A DNA stretch of 64,000 nt from an uncultured delta proteobacterium (lineage in GTDB: Bacteria; Desulfobacterota; Desulfomonilia; UBA1062), in assembly GCA_963798485.1 (NCBI GenBank), contig CAWCTR010000007.1, positions 32,001 through 96,000 of the forward strand, written 5' to 3'. The notes under the pieces were generated by a model, which was not told the origin of the DNA, did no database searches, and saw only the letters and a program-made list of their open reading frames with translations. A program made the position numbers and the translations under genes. Numbering within the stretch: position 1 is the stretch's first letter; every line of letters starts with the position of its first letter. Positions 1 through 13,956 of this stretch are shown here, in pieces.

Positions 1-2991
<2,991 letters not shown>

Positions 2992-3016
2992 TTCCTGCTG
3001 AATCAATCCGGCAAGG

Positions 3017-3460
3017 CTAGTGCGATACCAGTCCCGGGGCGTGGAACTCGAGCGGTTCGTGTCCGAAGGCCTCACCCGCCAGCATCATCAGGATTCCAGC
3101 GATCCAAAGCACATGGCCGATCAGCGGAACAAGGGAGGCCAGCCGGAAGTAGATCCACGTGCCAAACATGAACGCCAAAATGGCGCCGCACATGATGCGG
3201 CGCGTACACATCAGCCTGGGGCGGATGAGAAACACCAAGTAGAAAAGAATCAGAGGATTGATCCAGCCGCTCAATATGGCCAGGAAGTCCTTTGAACGCC
3301 ATACTTCGCCGCTGAATGTGTTCATCAGCGTAACCCAGGCACAGAACCATCCGCGGTACACCTGTGGGGTAAACGCGCCCGGGGTGGCCATCTGCTTGCA
3401 AGCCGGCAGAAAGAAGGCAGCCACGTAGATGCAGAATCCAGCAATGCGCGCTGTTTGCAC
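3017..3460 (-). CDS. hypothetical membrane protein (about 4 TM segments)
   Basis: 147-aa hydrophobic ORF filling the gap between DUF3300 and the ECF locus. Confidence 0.65.
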   Translation of the reverse strand: MQTARIAGFCIYVAAFFLPACKQMATPGAFTPQVYRGWFCAWVTLMNTFSGEVWRSKDFLAILSGWINPLILFYLVFLIRPRLMCTRRIMCGAILAFMFGTWIYFRLASLVPLIGHVLWIAGILMMLAGEAFGHEPLEFHAPGLVSH

Positions 3461-3598
3461 CGCATGGGCAACCTTTTGAGATTGTGGGCCTAATGGGATC
3501 GCTGGTTCCTTTCCGGCAGGTCTTCCCAGTTAGATGAAGATTCAAGAACTCGCAATGATAGACGAGTCGAATTAAGAAACGCGTAAATGTTTGCGTCC

Positions 3599-3628
3599 TG
3601 TTAACGACCTCCGCCCTTTCTTCGTTGT
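3599..3628 (+). promoter_or_regulatory. putative ECF-sigma promoter (AAC-N17-CGTT)
   Basis: tgttAAC gacctccgccctttctt CGTTgt lies upstream of the operon that encodes an ECF sigma factor; it matches the generic ECF -35 AAC / -10 CGT pattern. Confidence 0.45.
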
Positions 3629-3676
3629 AGGTGCAGGAAGAGGCCTTAAGGCTTCACTGAGCGAGGTGGTTCTAAC

Positions 3677-4624
3677 ATGCGGCAAACAAAGGGTGTTGCA
3701 GGCTGGATTTTTGGAGTGGTTGCGGCTTTAGTGTTCACGCGGGCCCGGCAACGGTAATTGGCCAGGCACCCGCTGCGCCTACGGCCCGGACGCAGCCCCG
3801 TCGACGCCCATAAGCGACCAGGAGCTGTCTGACACGCAGGATCAGCTTATAAAGCTTCTGCGCACGAGCCCAACGCTGACGTCCGTGGTGGCCCGCGATC
3901 CCTCGCTGTTGTCTAACCAGGAGTATGTGAACCACAACAATCCGCAGCTGGGGCAGTTTCTGGTCCAGCACCCGGACGTTGCTCGCAATCCGGAGTACTA
4001 CCTGTTTACGCATCTCGAATCGCGCGGCGGACGGCGGGACCAGGCGCTTGAGCGGGCAGTGTGGCCTGATATGTCACCATGCAGCGCCAGTGACTCGAGA
4101 GCCGATCAAATGCATGAACCCGTCAGGGACATTTCGGCGTGACGGTTTGCCGCTTTCTGCGCGGCGTTGGTGTGGCTGATTCGCCAGTTCCTTGAAAACC
4201 GTCGCTGGTCGCGGATATTCAAGCTGCAAAGCGACGTGCACGGAAGGCTGATCGAGAAGATTCAGCTACGACGCAGGAGCTTGCATCGTACATGGGCACT
4301 GAGGCGGGCAGGCGATTTCTTGAGGCGGCTCCGATTCCGGTGGGATTTGAGCCCGAGCAGAGAATGCCGAATGCGGTGTCTCGGGTACTTTGGCCGCTGC
4401 AAATTGGCGTGGTGCTGGTACTGCTCGGTGTTGGACTCCTTTTCCTGCGCTCGGCAGGTCCCGATATGAATATTCCGATGCTGATAACGGGTACGGTAGT
4501 GCTCATGCCCGGAATTGGATTTATTCTGTCCGCAGGGATTACGTGGGTGTTGGCTGGACGGCTGGGTTTGATTCCTGAGAGCCACTCAGCAGCGAACGAA
4601 GCCAACCCGCAGGATAGGCCGTGA
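3677..4624 (+). CDS. hypothetical exported/membrane protein heading the ECF operon (split by several frameshifts)
   Basis: RBS gaggtgg then ATG 3677 with signal-like N-terminus; consecutive ORF pieces 3885-4142, 4167-4469 and 4292-4624 read as one protein ending in 2 TM helices. Confidence 0.6.
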
Positions 4625-4642
4625 GCCGGATCGGACCCGGCA

Positions 4643-5251
4643 GTGGCCAAGAGGCGCCCGACGCGAATGTTCTGGGAATCCTATCTACCGAGTGCTTTTG
4701 CCGGCAACGCCGAGCCCGACGTTGCGCAGCCTCTCATGGATGATGAGGCGTTCGCCGGGTTCTACGAGCGTTCGGCACGGTCACTCTGGGCTTACCTGGC
4801 ACGGACCTCTGGCGACCCGGCCCTGGCTGAGGACCTAATGCAGGAGAGCTACGTGCGGTTTCTTTCGGCAGCGGGCGCTCCATCGCATCTCAATGAGGGC
4901 GAGGTTGCGTGCCGGCGGTACCTGTTCCGGATTGCGACGAACCTGCTGCGGGATCACTGGCGGCGTCCAAGAGCAGCTTCGATTGAAGGAATTCCCGAGA
5001 ATTTTTTCGCTCGACCCAGCCATGCGGCGCAGTCCGATTCGCATCTGACGCTTGGACCTGCCCTGGCAAAGATGCGGCCCCGAGAGCGCCAATTGCTCTG
5101 GCTTGCGCACGCTGAGGGTTACTCCCACGGCGAGATTGCCGAGGTCACTGGCCTGGCCAGCGCGAGCATTCGTCTGCTGCTGTTCAGGGCGCGCCGAAAG
5201 ATTGCGCGCCTGCTCACGGATGAAAAACGCGGGAGGGAGCGGGAATGCTAA
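4643..5251 (+). CDS. ECF-family RNA polymerase sigma-70 factor
   Basis: region 2 (AEDLMQESYVRF...YLFRIATNLLRDHWRR) and region 4 (RERQLLWLAHAEGYSHGEIAEVTG...LFRARRK). Confidence 0.92.
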   Translation: MAKRRPTRMFWESYLPSAFAGNAEPDVAQPLMDDEAFAGFYERSARSLWAYLARTSGDPALAEDLMQESYVRFLSAAGAPSHLNEGEVACRRYLFRIATNLLRDHWRRPRAASIEGIPENFFARPSHAAQSDSHLTLGPALAKMRPRERQLLWLAHAEGYSHGEIAEVTGLASASIRLLLFRARRKIARLLTDEKRGREREC

Positions 5252-5787
5252 ACGCCTGTTCGCGCGAAAACGAAGTGAGGGAACTTGTGGAGCGGGGCCA
5301 GTGGCCGCAGGCCTGCGCACCCGAGCTGCGCGCGCACGTTGACAGCTGCCGCTCCTGCGCTGATCAAGTACTGATAACAACCGCGTTTCGAAGGGCCCGC
5401 GCAGAAGCTGTCGCAGGCGTCACGCTACCTCCTCCGGGCGTCCTCTGGTGGCGCGCACAACTGCGAAGGCGTAACGCAGCGGTTGAGCGCATTGGCAGGC
5501 CGATCCTGGGAGCGCAGATCTTCGCCCTTGCAATCAATCTCATGTTGGCGGTTGCCTTCATCCTGTGGCAAGCCCGCCATGGCCTTGCCTGGCTCTCATG
5601 GTTTTCATCGACTGCGGGCCCTGCGCACAGTCCGCAGGCGGTGTTTCATCTTGACTCTCTCTGGTCTCCTCAGTTGCTCAGTTCCGGACTCAACTCAATG
5701 ACGAGCCCACTTGTGCTGATTCCCGCCATTGCCACACTGCTGTTGCTCGGCGGCGTGGTTGTCTATCTGGCTACTGAAAAACAGTAA
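5245..5787 (+). CDS. putative zinc-binding (ZAS) membrane anti-sigma factor
   Basis: overlaps the sigma gene stop; HxxxCxxC motif (HVDSCRSC) followed by 2 TM helices. Confidence 0.75.
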   Translation: MLNACSRENEVRELVERGQWPQACAPELRAHVDSCRSCADQVLITTAFRRARAEAVAGVTLPPPGVLWWRAQLRRRNAAVERIGRPILGAQIFALAINLMLAVAFILWQARHGLAWLSWFSSTAGPAHSPQAVFHLDSLWSPQLLSSGLNSMTSPLVLIPAIATLLLLGGVVVYLATEKQ

Positions 5788-5973
5788 TCCGCATCGCATC
5801 CGTATTGCTCAGAGCATCTTGCACTTGAATGTGCGGGGTGACACCCTCCTGCTCTTGAAGCGGCCCCCTTGGCCGCTCTGCTATAGTTTCTCGACGCGAT
5901 TTTCACGTATTTTCGAAAACGCTAACGAAAACAGCATTCGCGCCTCGCTGATCGCGAAAAAGCAGGAGAAATC

Positions 5974-7399
5974 ATGGACTGGACTGAGCGCACAAGACGA
6001 TCGTTCCTCAAGCAATTTGGTGCAGCCGGCGCTTTGGCACTGACGGCCGCAAACGCGGAGGGATTAAGCCTGGAGGGCGCGCAGAATGCTGCGCCGGCCC
6101 CCAACTCCCCCGCAGACCAGAAACAGGCTGCCACGCGCGAAGAGCGCATGAAATGGTGGCATGAAGCCAAGTTCGGCATGTTCATCCACTGGGGCCTCTA
6201 CAGCGTGATCGGGCAGCACGAGTGGGCCAAGGAAATCGAAGGCATTCCGATTCCGCAGTATGAGATTCTCGCCAAACACTTCCATCCCAAGCCGAATGCC
6301 GCTCGCGAATGGGCGCGACTGGCAAAGAAGGCCGGGCAAAAGTACATGGTGATGACCACCAAGCACCACGAGGGCTTTTGCCACTGGGACTCGAAGCTTA
6401 CCGACTACAACGCCGTGAAGCAGGGTCCGGGGCGCGACCTGGTGCGCGAGTATGTTGAGGCTGCGCGGGCCGAGGGTCTGCGCGTTGGCTTCTACTACTC
6501 GCTGATGGACTGGCATCATCCCGACGGCGCCCTCTGCAAGACGGACGAGGCCGCGCGCCGGCGGTTTGTCGACTACACGCATGGCCTTATTCGCGAACTG
6601 CTGACCAACTACGGCAAGATCGACGTGCTTTGGTACGACGTCTCGTGGCCGCTGACGCGCAGAAGGCTGGGAGTCGGAGCGCATGAACGAGATGGTCTTC
6701 GATCTGCAGCCGGAGATCATCGTGAACAACCGCAACGGACTGCCTGGCGACTTTACTACGCCTGAGCAGCACATCACCGCTGCCGAAGTTGGCCGCGCCT
6801 GGGAAACCTGCATGACGCTCAACGATAGCTGGGGCTTCAATCGCTTCGACGACGCGTGGAAGACGCCAAAAGTCATCGTGGACAACCTGGCTACCTGCGC
6901 GCGCGGAGGCGGGAACTATCTGCTCAACATCGGGCCGGAACCTGATGGATCCATTCCGCCGGAGACCATAACTTGTCTTGAGACCGTGGGGAAATGGCTT
7001 GAGACCAACGGCAAGGCGATCTACGGGACTGAACGTGTCAAGGCCGAGTGGTAACGTGAACGCAAACTACACCCGACGCGGCAATACGCTCTACATCCAC
7101 CAGCACTACTGGCCGGGGCACACGCCGGCGGCGGAGTGGCTGAGCTTCTATCAGCCTGAGGCGGTGGTTGCCATCGGTGGACTCAAGCCTAAGGTCCTGT
7201 CGGCGCGTCTGCTCAAGACCGGGACAGAAGGTTGACTTCACGCAGGATGAGTTCACGCTGCGGTTGACGGGTTTGCCGCTGGTGGCGCCAGATCAGCCGG
7301 CCACTGTCATTGAGGTGGAGTGCGATGGGGAGCCGAGCCGTCGATCACGACGCCATGCGTCCATTGTGGCCTCGGTTGAAGGTGGACATCAGCGTCTGA
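5974..7399 (+). CDS. alpha-L-fucosidase (GH29), Tat-exported; frameshifted in this sequence
   Basis: Tat motif TRRSFLK; AKFGMFIHWGLYS, TTKHHEGF, YYSLMDWHHP, LWYD, WETCMT..SWG, GNYLLNIGP spread over ORFs 5974-6765, 6683-7054, 6978-7235 and 7168-7416. Confidence 0.9.
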
Positions 7400-7473
7400 T
7401 TTGCAGGAGTCAATAACGTCCTCTGGCTTCCTGGTCTTTCGGCCGCAGAAGCGGAATGATCGGGAAGCCGGAG

Positions 7474-8759
7474 TCAGACGCAGACAGGGACTGCGCGCGC
7501 GTAGGTGTAGGGGCCGTCGGGCACCAGCACCACGCGGGCATCCGTGGGCAGGCCTTTCAGAAGGGCGGCTACGGCTTCGTTCAGATCAATGAAGGTATGC
7601 TCGCCTGCTGAGCCCAGCTCCGACTTTGCGACGCCGGGCGTGTAGAAGAAGAGCTCATGCTTCACGCCGGTCAGCGCCAGCTTCTCCAACTGCCACTGAT
7701 CAACTTCAACGGGCGTGTCCTTGATTTCATCCAGAAAATTCTGGAACCCGGTGAGCGTGCGCATCCGGTAAGAGAACTCCGGCGAGCCCACTCCTTCAGC
7801 GCACTCGCCCAAGCAGCAGAATTCGTCCGCCCGGCTTGGTGATGTGCTGCGCGGCGGTCACGCCTTTCACGATCTGGTAAAAGGTCAGGTCAAGCGGGTA
7901 GCCCGCTGCGCAGGTAATTACCGCGTCGGCCGGTTCATCGAGATTCTCAAGGCAGGTAGTTTCAGTGAATTCAACGCCTGCGGCATGCGCCTTCACGGGA
8001 TTTCCGGCAAAGACCCCCGAGATTCGCCGATCCTGCGGTAAGGGTTACATCGAGGATGAAATCATGGCGCGCCATGCGCTGCAATTTCAAGCAACTCGGC
8101 GTGCAGCGGATTGCCGGCGATGGAGCCTTCAGTGGCCAGCGGCTCGCGCATGAAGAGCGGCGAGTGAATCACCTTGATGGTTTCCTGCGCGGCCAGCCCG
8201 GGAGCCACCAGCTTGCGGCCGCCTGAAAAGCCCAGCATCAGGTGCTGCTCAATAAAGCCGAGCGTAATGTGCAGATCGGCGGCCATGAAGCGCTCGTCGA
8301 TGAAAACCGGCGTTCCGCGCCTGGTGGTGCCCAGCGCCCGATGCTCCGCCAGGTCGCGCGCATCGTGACTGACGACGCGATATTTGCTGCGCGATCTCGG
8401 CGCCGACGAATGATTTCAATCTCGTCTTCCGTTGCGCCGCGGTGGAGTCCGGTTGCAATCAGAATGGTGACGCCTCGAGAGGGATGCCGGCCGCGTGCAG
8501 GCGCGCGAGCAGCGGGGGCAGCGTGATTGCATTTGGCGCGGGGCGCGTAATGTCGCAGACGGAGATGGCTGCCGTGCGTTTGCCCGCTGCCAGTCTTGAC
8601 CAGGGGATCGCAGCCAATGGGGTGATCGAGCGCGTAGGCCAAGGCTGCTGACCCATCGCCGATTGCTGACGCGGTGTGGCTGCGAACGACCTGGCAGGCG
8701 TAACTGTCCGGGACAGAAACCTCAATACCGTTCTTGCCGAAAGAAAACCGAGTCTTCAT
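7474..8759 (-). CDS. larA: LarA-family nickel-pincer-dependent racemase/epimerase; multiple frameshifts
   Basis: SVCDITRPAPN, ILIATGLHR, ITLGFIEQHLMLGFSGGRKLVAPG, AAGYPLDLTFYQIVKG, DQWQ and VLVPDGPY motifs in successive frames. Confidence 0.85.
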
Positions 8760-8927
8760 CTGTGCTGGAAACCGGCCGCGCGGCTTTCGATCGGCTCATC
8801 CCTTTCGCTCATTCTAATTCGTCTTCAGGCCCACCCCGAAGCAAACGGAGACCGCGCTCGTTTGAGCACTGGCAGGCACCCGTGTCCCGTTCCTCTTTCA
8901 GACGCCGTCATGCTGTGGTAGGCGGCT

Positions 8928-9866
8928 TCACGGTCGTCCCTCGGAGAGCACTGCATCGGCAATGCGCGCCGCCTCTACGGCCTCGGGAACCGCATGAACG
9001 CGGACGACGGAAGCCCCATTCAGAATGGCAATAGTCATCGCAGCCAGGCCTGCCCGCTCCCGTGCCTTGAAGGCAGTCTCAGCATTCGCCCCATCCCCAT
9101 AAAGCTTGGCAATTGTGTGGCGCAGGAACGACTTTCGGCTTACCCCTGCCAGCAATGGGCGACCAAGCGTGAGCAACTCGGCCTGCCGAGCCAGCAACAC
9201 GTAGTTTTCGTCGAACCGCTTGCCAAACCCGTAGCCCGGGTCGAGAACAATGGCTTCAGCCGGAATGCCTTGTGAGTTTGCCGTCGCCAGGCTTGCGCCA
9301 AGCCCGTCGCGCACTAGTGTCAGCAAGGCGTCGGGAGCAAGTTGCGGCTGCTCGCGCCATTCTTCCGGGCGGCCGCGGGTGTGCATGAGCACAACGCCCG
9401 CGCCAAACTCGCTGCAAACTTGCGCCATCTCCTTGTCCCAGGTGAATCCACTGACGTCATTCACAACTTCAGCGCCGGCTTCAAGGACCGACCGGGCTGT
9501 AGCAGCTTTGTACGTGTCCACAGAGACAATGGCGGCGGGACGGGCATCAAGAATCCCTTTGAGAACGGGAAGCAATCGCGCCAGTTCTTCTTCGGCGCTC
9601 ACCGTAGCGGTCTGAAGTGCGCCCGCATTGCCGCCTGCGCGTGAACCGGGCCGTGTGCTCTCCGCGCCCAGGTCGAGCAGGTCGGCCCCTTCGTCGAGCA
9701 ATCGGATTCCATGGGCTACTGCCGCCTCCGGCGCGAGATAAAGACCGCCGTCGCTGAAGGAATCAGGCGTGATGTTCACCACGCCCATGATCAGCGTTCG
9801 CTCGCCAAGCTTGAGCGTACGGGTGCGCAGCTGCCAGCGTGCAGCGCTCCTGCCGTTTCCGCTCAT
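8928..9866 (-). CDS. folP: dihydropteroate synthase
   Basis: IMGVVNITPDSFSDGG, DLGAESTRPG, SVDTYK, VNDVSG, LDPGYGFGK, GVSRKSF, VRVH. Confidence 0.96.
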   Translation of the reverse strand: MSGNGRSAARWQLRTRTLKLGERTLIMGVVNITPDSFSDGGLYLAPEAAVAHGIRLLDEGADLLDLGAESTRPGSRAGGNAGALQTATVSAEEELARLLPVLKGILDARPAAIVSVDTYKAATARSVLEAGAEVVNDVSGFTWDKEMAQVCSEFGAGVVLMHTRGRPEEWREQPQLAPDALLTLVRDGLGASLATANSQGIPAEAIVLDPGYGFGKRFDENYVLLARQAELLTLGRPLLAGVSRKSFLRHTIAKLYGDGANAETAFKARERAGLAAMTIAILNGASVVRVHAVPEAVEAARIADAVLSEGRP

Positions 9867-9948
9867 CTGTCTCACCTAGCCATGGTACGTCGGCCGCATA
9901 GCCCATGGAACCTGCCACAGACAGCACGCCTCCTGCTACACTCCGGGC

Positions 9949-11604
9949 ATGAAGATTCTCGGGCGATTTACGGTGGTTTTGCTGGTAGGGTCTCTGGCGT
10001 TGTGCGCGGTGTTGCCGGCACGGTCTCAGCAAGCCCCTAAGGGGCACTCAGGCGGGCACGCCGCGCAGGCCAAGGGCCCCCTGAGCGATCGCATTGACGC
10101 CATTTTGGCCGATCCGGCTCTGAGCCACGCGTCGTTCGGCATCAGCGTCACTTCTCTCGATGGTCAATCGCTCTACGGGCTTAACCAGGGCAAGTTATTC
10201 ACTCCGGCCTCCAATGTAAAGCTCGCCACCACGGCGGCGGCGTTTGCCCTGCTGCCCGTGGAGACGCTCTCCTGGACCACAACCGCTGTCGCCGGCGGCG
10301 ACGTGGATACCGGCGGCGAGCTGCACGGCGACATTGTTCTGCTCGGCGTCGGCGACCCCACATTCAGCGCCCGTCATTATCCCTACGTGGAACCGGGAGC
10401 AACCCCGCCTGCAGCGGCTGTACCTGCCGATACTTCTAGCGCGACCCCAGCCCCAGCACCGACCGCCATGACGGTTCTGGACCTGATGGCTGAACAGGTG
10501 GAACAATCCGGCGTGCGCACCGTGGATGGCGACGTGGTGGGCGACGATAGCTTCTTTCTTGACGAACCTTACGGCGAAGGCTGGGGCTGGGACGACCTGC
10601 AGTGGGACTACGGCGCGCCTGTCAGTGCACTCACCTTCAATGACAACGCGGCCCGTCTCACCATCCGAGCCGATGAATCGGTTCCCGGCGCAACCCTGGC
10701 CGAGTGGGCGCCAAACACTGATTTCTACACCGTGGATAACAGCATGACACCCGCACCGACGGGAGAACTGGGGCATCCGGGTCTCGAGCGTCGCCCGGGC
10801 GCCCTGCTGGTGCGCGCGTGGGGCACAGTTGGCGCCAATGGCCTGCACGTCAACATGGCTATCGAAGACCCGGCGCAGTTCATGGCCGCAGCCTTCAAAG
10901 AGGTGCTTCGGGCTCGAGGCATTACCGTAAATGGCTCAGCCGTCTCCCGGCACAAGTACAGCAACGGAGCCGGTGATTTTGTGGGTGAGCGTGCACAGCC
11001 ACTGCAGCTGACCCGCTCCAATTTGGGCCACGTCACCGCTCCGTCCGATAATCGCAAGGTGCTGGCCATGCATTTTTCAGTGCCTGTGATCGAGGACATC
11101 ACGGTCACGAACAAGGTGAGTCAGAACCTGCACGCCGAGCTTCTGCTTCGGCTGCTTGGCAAGCAGTTTGGCAGCGACGGCAGCTTTGAGGAAGGTACCC
11201 GCGTGGTTCGGCAGTTTCTTGTGAATGCGGGTGTGGAGGACGGCGACTTTTTCTTTTACGACGGTTCGGGAATGAGCCGCGACGACCGCATTGCGCCCCG
11301 CGCCTTTACACGGCTGCTCTGCTACGCGTCGCAACAACCCTGGGGTGCGGAGTGGCGCGCCACATTCCCGGTGGCCGGCGTGGATGGCACTCTTGAAAAC
11401 CGCTTCAAGACTTCGCCGTTAAAGGGCCGCATGTGGGCCAAAACCGGCACACTGAACGAGGCAAACGCGCTCACGGGCTACCTGACGGCGGCCAGTGGCA
11501 AAACGCTGGCATTTTCAATTCTTGTGAACGGGCACCGGCCCGGTAGCGATGCTGAGTCTGATGCCATCGACAAGATTGCGGAGGCAATTGCAGCGGCCGA
11601 GTAA
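9949..11604 (+). CDS. dacB: D-alanyl-D-alanine carboxypeptidase/endopeptidase (PBP4, peptidase S13)
   Basis: signal peptide; PASNVK (SxxK), SQN (SxN), DGSGMSR, AKTGTL (KTG). Confidence 0.93.
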   Translation: MKILGRFTVVLLVGSLALCAVLPARSQQAPKGHSGGHAAQAKGPLSDRIDAILADPALSHASFGISVTSLDGQSLYGLNQGKLFTPASNVKLATTAAAFALLPVETLSWTTTAVAGGDVDTGGELHGDIVLLGVGDPTFSARHYPYVEPGATPPAAAVPADTSSATPAPAPTAMTVLDLMAEQVEQSGVRTVDGDVVGDDSFFLDEPYGEGWGWDDLQWDYGAPVSALTFNDNAARLTIRADESVPGATLAEWAPNTDFYTVDNSMTPAPTGELGHPGLERRPGALLVRAWGTVGANGLHVNMAIEDPAQFMAAAFKEVLRARGITVNGSAVSRHKYSNGAGDFVGERAQPLQLTRSNLGHVTAPSDNRKVLAMHFSVPVIEDITVTNKVSQNLHAELLLRLLGKQFGSDGSFEEGTRVVRQFLVNAGVEDGDFFFYDGSGMSRDDRIAPRAFTRLLCYASQQPWGAEWRATFPVAGVDGTLENRFKTSPLKGRMWAKTGTLNEANALTGYLTAASGKTLAFSILVNGHRPGSDAESDAIDKIAEAIAAAE

Positions 11605-11624
11605 CGCGGTATCATCATTAGCAA

Positions 11625-11990
11625 ATGCACGTTCGTTCTTTTTCTCCTTTCTGCGCAATCATGATTTCTGTGTCGGGGCTGGTCATGGGTCTTGCCGGAT
11701 GCCGTTCACTGCCGCCGTCGAAGCCCTCGTCGGAGTGGACTCCACAAGAGGCGCGCGGAGCCGTGGTCTACCGGGCAAAATGCGCCCGCTGTCACTATCC
11801 CACCACGACCCATCCCTTGAACGGGCCGGGACTGCAGGCGATTACCAAAGTCAAGGCAATGCCCTCCGGTATGCCGCCCACAGATGAGAGGCTCACTGCC
11901 GTGATTCTGAGCGGGAGAAACATGATGCCGGCAACGCGGCTGAACGACGATCAGCTCCAGGATCTGCTGGCCTATCTGCGTACGCTTTGA
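11625..11990 (+). CDS. small c-type cytochrome, probable lipoprotein
   Basis: LAGC lipobox, CARCH heme motif, distal MMP, C-terminal LQDLLAYLRTL. Confidence 0.85.
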   Translation: MHVRSFSPFCAIMISVSGLVMGLAGCRSLPPSKPSSEWTPQEARGAVVYRAKCARCHYPTTTHPLNGPGLQAITKVKAMPSGMPPTDERLTAVILSGRNMMPATRLNDDQLQDLLAYLRTL

Positions 11991-12016
11991 CCGACGAAGA
12001 CAGGAGGTGAATCACC

Positions 12017-12418
12017 ATGACCGAAGAAGTCGACCAGCCGGACGCAACCAGCGAGGCCACAAGCGAAGCTGGCGTTCCCGCACCGAAGCGCCGGCTCTAC
12101 CTGCCCCTTCCCGGGCTGGCGGCCATTGGCCTCTACCTTGCGGCGCTCGCCGGGGCGTTCATTGTCGGCGTGGTGCGCGGCAACTATCCGCCCCTGTTTC
12201 TCTTCTTTCCGGTCCTCTTCATCGCCGCCACAGGCGGACTGATGCTGTTGTTCCGCTGGGCATGGGCGCTGGCGCTGGCCGCCGTCTTTCTGCTTGCGAT
12301 CTACAACATGTGGGTCTTTTCACAGCAGCATCTTGCGCCGGCGTTGGTGCAAGGGCTACTGAACTGGGTGTTCTTCCTTTACCTCATCCGGGTCGAGGTT
12401 CGCAGCAAGCTCAAGTAG
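12017..12418 (+). CDS. hypothetical membrane protein
   Basis: strong RBS ggaggtg; about 4 TM segments. Confidence 0.7.
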   Translation: MTEEVDQPDATSEATSEAGVPAPKRRLYLPLPGLAAIGLYLAALAGAFIVGVVRGNYPPLFLFFPVLFIAATGGLMLLFRWAWALALAAVFLLAIYNMWVFSQQHLAPALVQGLLNWVFFLYLIRVEVRSKLK

Positions 12419-12456
12419 CCTTCCGATCGAACATCGCAGCGCCAGAGGGACCGGAT

Positions 12457-12768
12457 TTACTCCAGAATCCTCTCTGCGGGCACAACCCTATTGGGTTCGC
12501 GGGAATCCCGTGAATGCGAGGCCAGGCTCCCAAGCTGACACACAATAGCCGCCAGCAGTGCCCAAAGCAGAAAGATCAACCCGATGCCGGTGCAGGCGAT
12601 GCCGCCCAGCGCAGCCGGTCCCGTGGTTGTGATGTCGAGGTGGAGGGCAGATGAGGCCAGCGGAAACGCTGCGTCAAAACTGGTGGCTCCGCTGCAATAG
12701 CCGAAAATCAGGCTAAGGCCAGTGGCGAGGAAAATGATTGAGGCGATCAAGGGGCGATCTGATCTCAT
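12457..12768 (-). CDS. hypothetical membrane protein (2 TM)
   Basis: RBS aaggag before ATG 12768 (MRSDRPLIASIIFLATG...); C-terminal part of ORF 12457-13563. Confidence 0.6.
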   Translation of the reverse strand: MRSDRPLIASIIFLATGLSLIFGYCSGATSFDAAFPLASSALHLDITTTGPAALGGIACTGIGLIFLLWALLAAIVCQLGSLASHSRDSREPNRVVPAERILE

Positions 12769-12972
12769 GGATATCTCCTTTTTCTTCAGCCGTCTGAGTC
12801 CGAAGCGAAGATCCGGAAGCATTACCGGCCGGCTGCGGGGCACAAGCGGCTTATAGGAAAAGATGCCTGTTCGGGACAAAAGGTTTGGGCGGAAGCAGGG
12901 TTTTGGGAGCATCCTTACGGTAAAGGTTTTGAGTCCGCGCGCCTGAGAAAGGCCAGCCGCTACAATGAGAGC

Positions 12973-13881
12973 GTGATGGAGCTGGTGCAGATTGAGCCCG
13001 CGCGGAAGCTTCCGGCGCCCAAGCCGGAGTGGTTGAAGGCGCGCGCCCCCATGGGCGAAAACTACCACGACCTGAAGCGGCTGGCGCGTTCTCTCGGTCT
13101 GAACACAGTTTGCGAGAGTGCTCACTGCCCCAACATTGGCGAGTGCTGGCACCACAAAACCGCGACCTTCATGATGCTCGGCAACCTGTGCACGCGGCGT
13201 TGCGGTTTTTGCGCCGTTCCCAAGGGCCGTCCAGAGCCGATTGACATGGATGAGCCGCGGCGCGTGGCCGAGGCCGTGGCCACCCTGGGTCTGGAGCACG
13301 CGGTCATCACCAGCGTGAATCGCGATGACGACCTGGTGGGCGGAGCGCGCATCTTTGCCATGGCCATTGAAGAGATCCGCAGCCGGGCTCCCGGCTGCCG
13401 TGTTGAGGTACTCATCCCTGACTTTCAGGGCAATCAGCAAGCCATCAAGGTGGTGGTCGACGCCAGGCCCGACGTGCTCAACCACAACACTGAGACGGTG
13501 CCTCGCCTGTATCGCGTAGTTCGTTCCGGCGCGCGCTACGAGCGGAGCCTCAGGCTCCTTCAACTTTCAAAGGAGATCAATCCTGCAGGGATATCGAAGT
13601 CGGGCGTCATGGTCGGTCTGGGCGAGGAAACGGCAGAACTGCATCAGGTCTTCCGCGATCTTGCCGGCGTCGGTTGCGACATTCTCACCATCGGTCAGTA
13701 TCTGCGCCCATCGCGCGACCACCTGCCCATGGCGCGGCTCTACACGCCGCGCGAATTTGCCGAACTCAAGTCCGCCGCGCTCACAATGGGTTTTCGACAC
13801 GTCGAATCGGGTCCGCTGGTTCGTTCGAGCTATCACGCGCACGAGCAGGCCGCGGCCACCGGCATGACAGTTGTGGCCTGA
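12973..13881 (+). CDS. lipA: lipoyl synthase
   Basis: KPEWLK, CESAHCPNIGEC, CTRRCGFC radical-SAM motif, HNTETV, GPLVRSSYHA. Confidence 0.97.
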   Translation: MMELVQIEPARKLPAPKPEWLKARAPMGENYHDLKRLARSLGLNTVCESAHCPNIGECWHHKTATFMMLGNLCTRRCGFCAVPKGRPEPIDMDEPRRVAEAVATLGLEHAVITSVNRDDDLVGGARIFAMAIEEIRSRAPGCRVEVLIPDFQGNQQAIKVVVDARPDVLNHNTETVPRLYRVVRSGARYERSLRLLQLSKEINPAGISKSGVMVGLGEETAELHQVFRDLAGVGCDILTIGQYLRPSRDHLPMARLYTPREFAELKSAALTMGFRHVESGPLVRSSYHAHEQAAATGMTVVA

Positions 13882-13956
13882 TCGCGAACCACAAGCCAGC
13901 CGCTCACGGGTTGTAGAATAGCCGTTGGCAGTTTGGCCGTAAGGAGGAAGAAAGCA

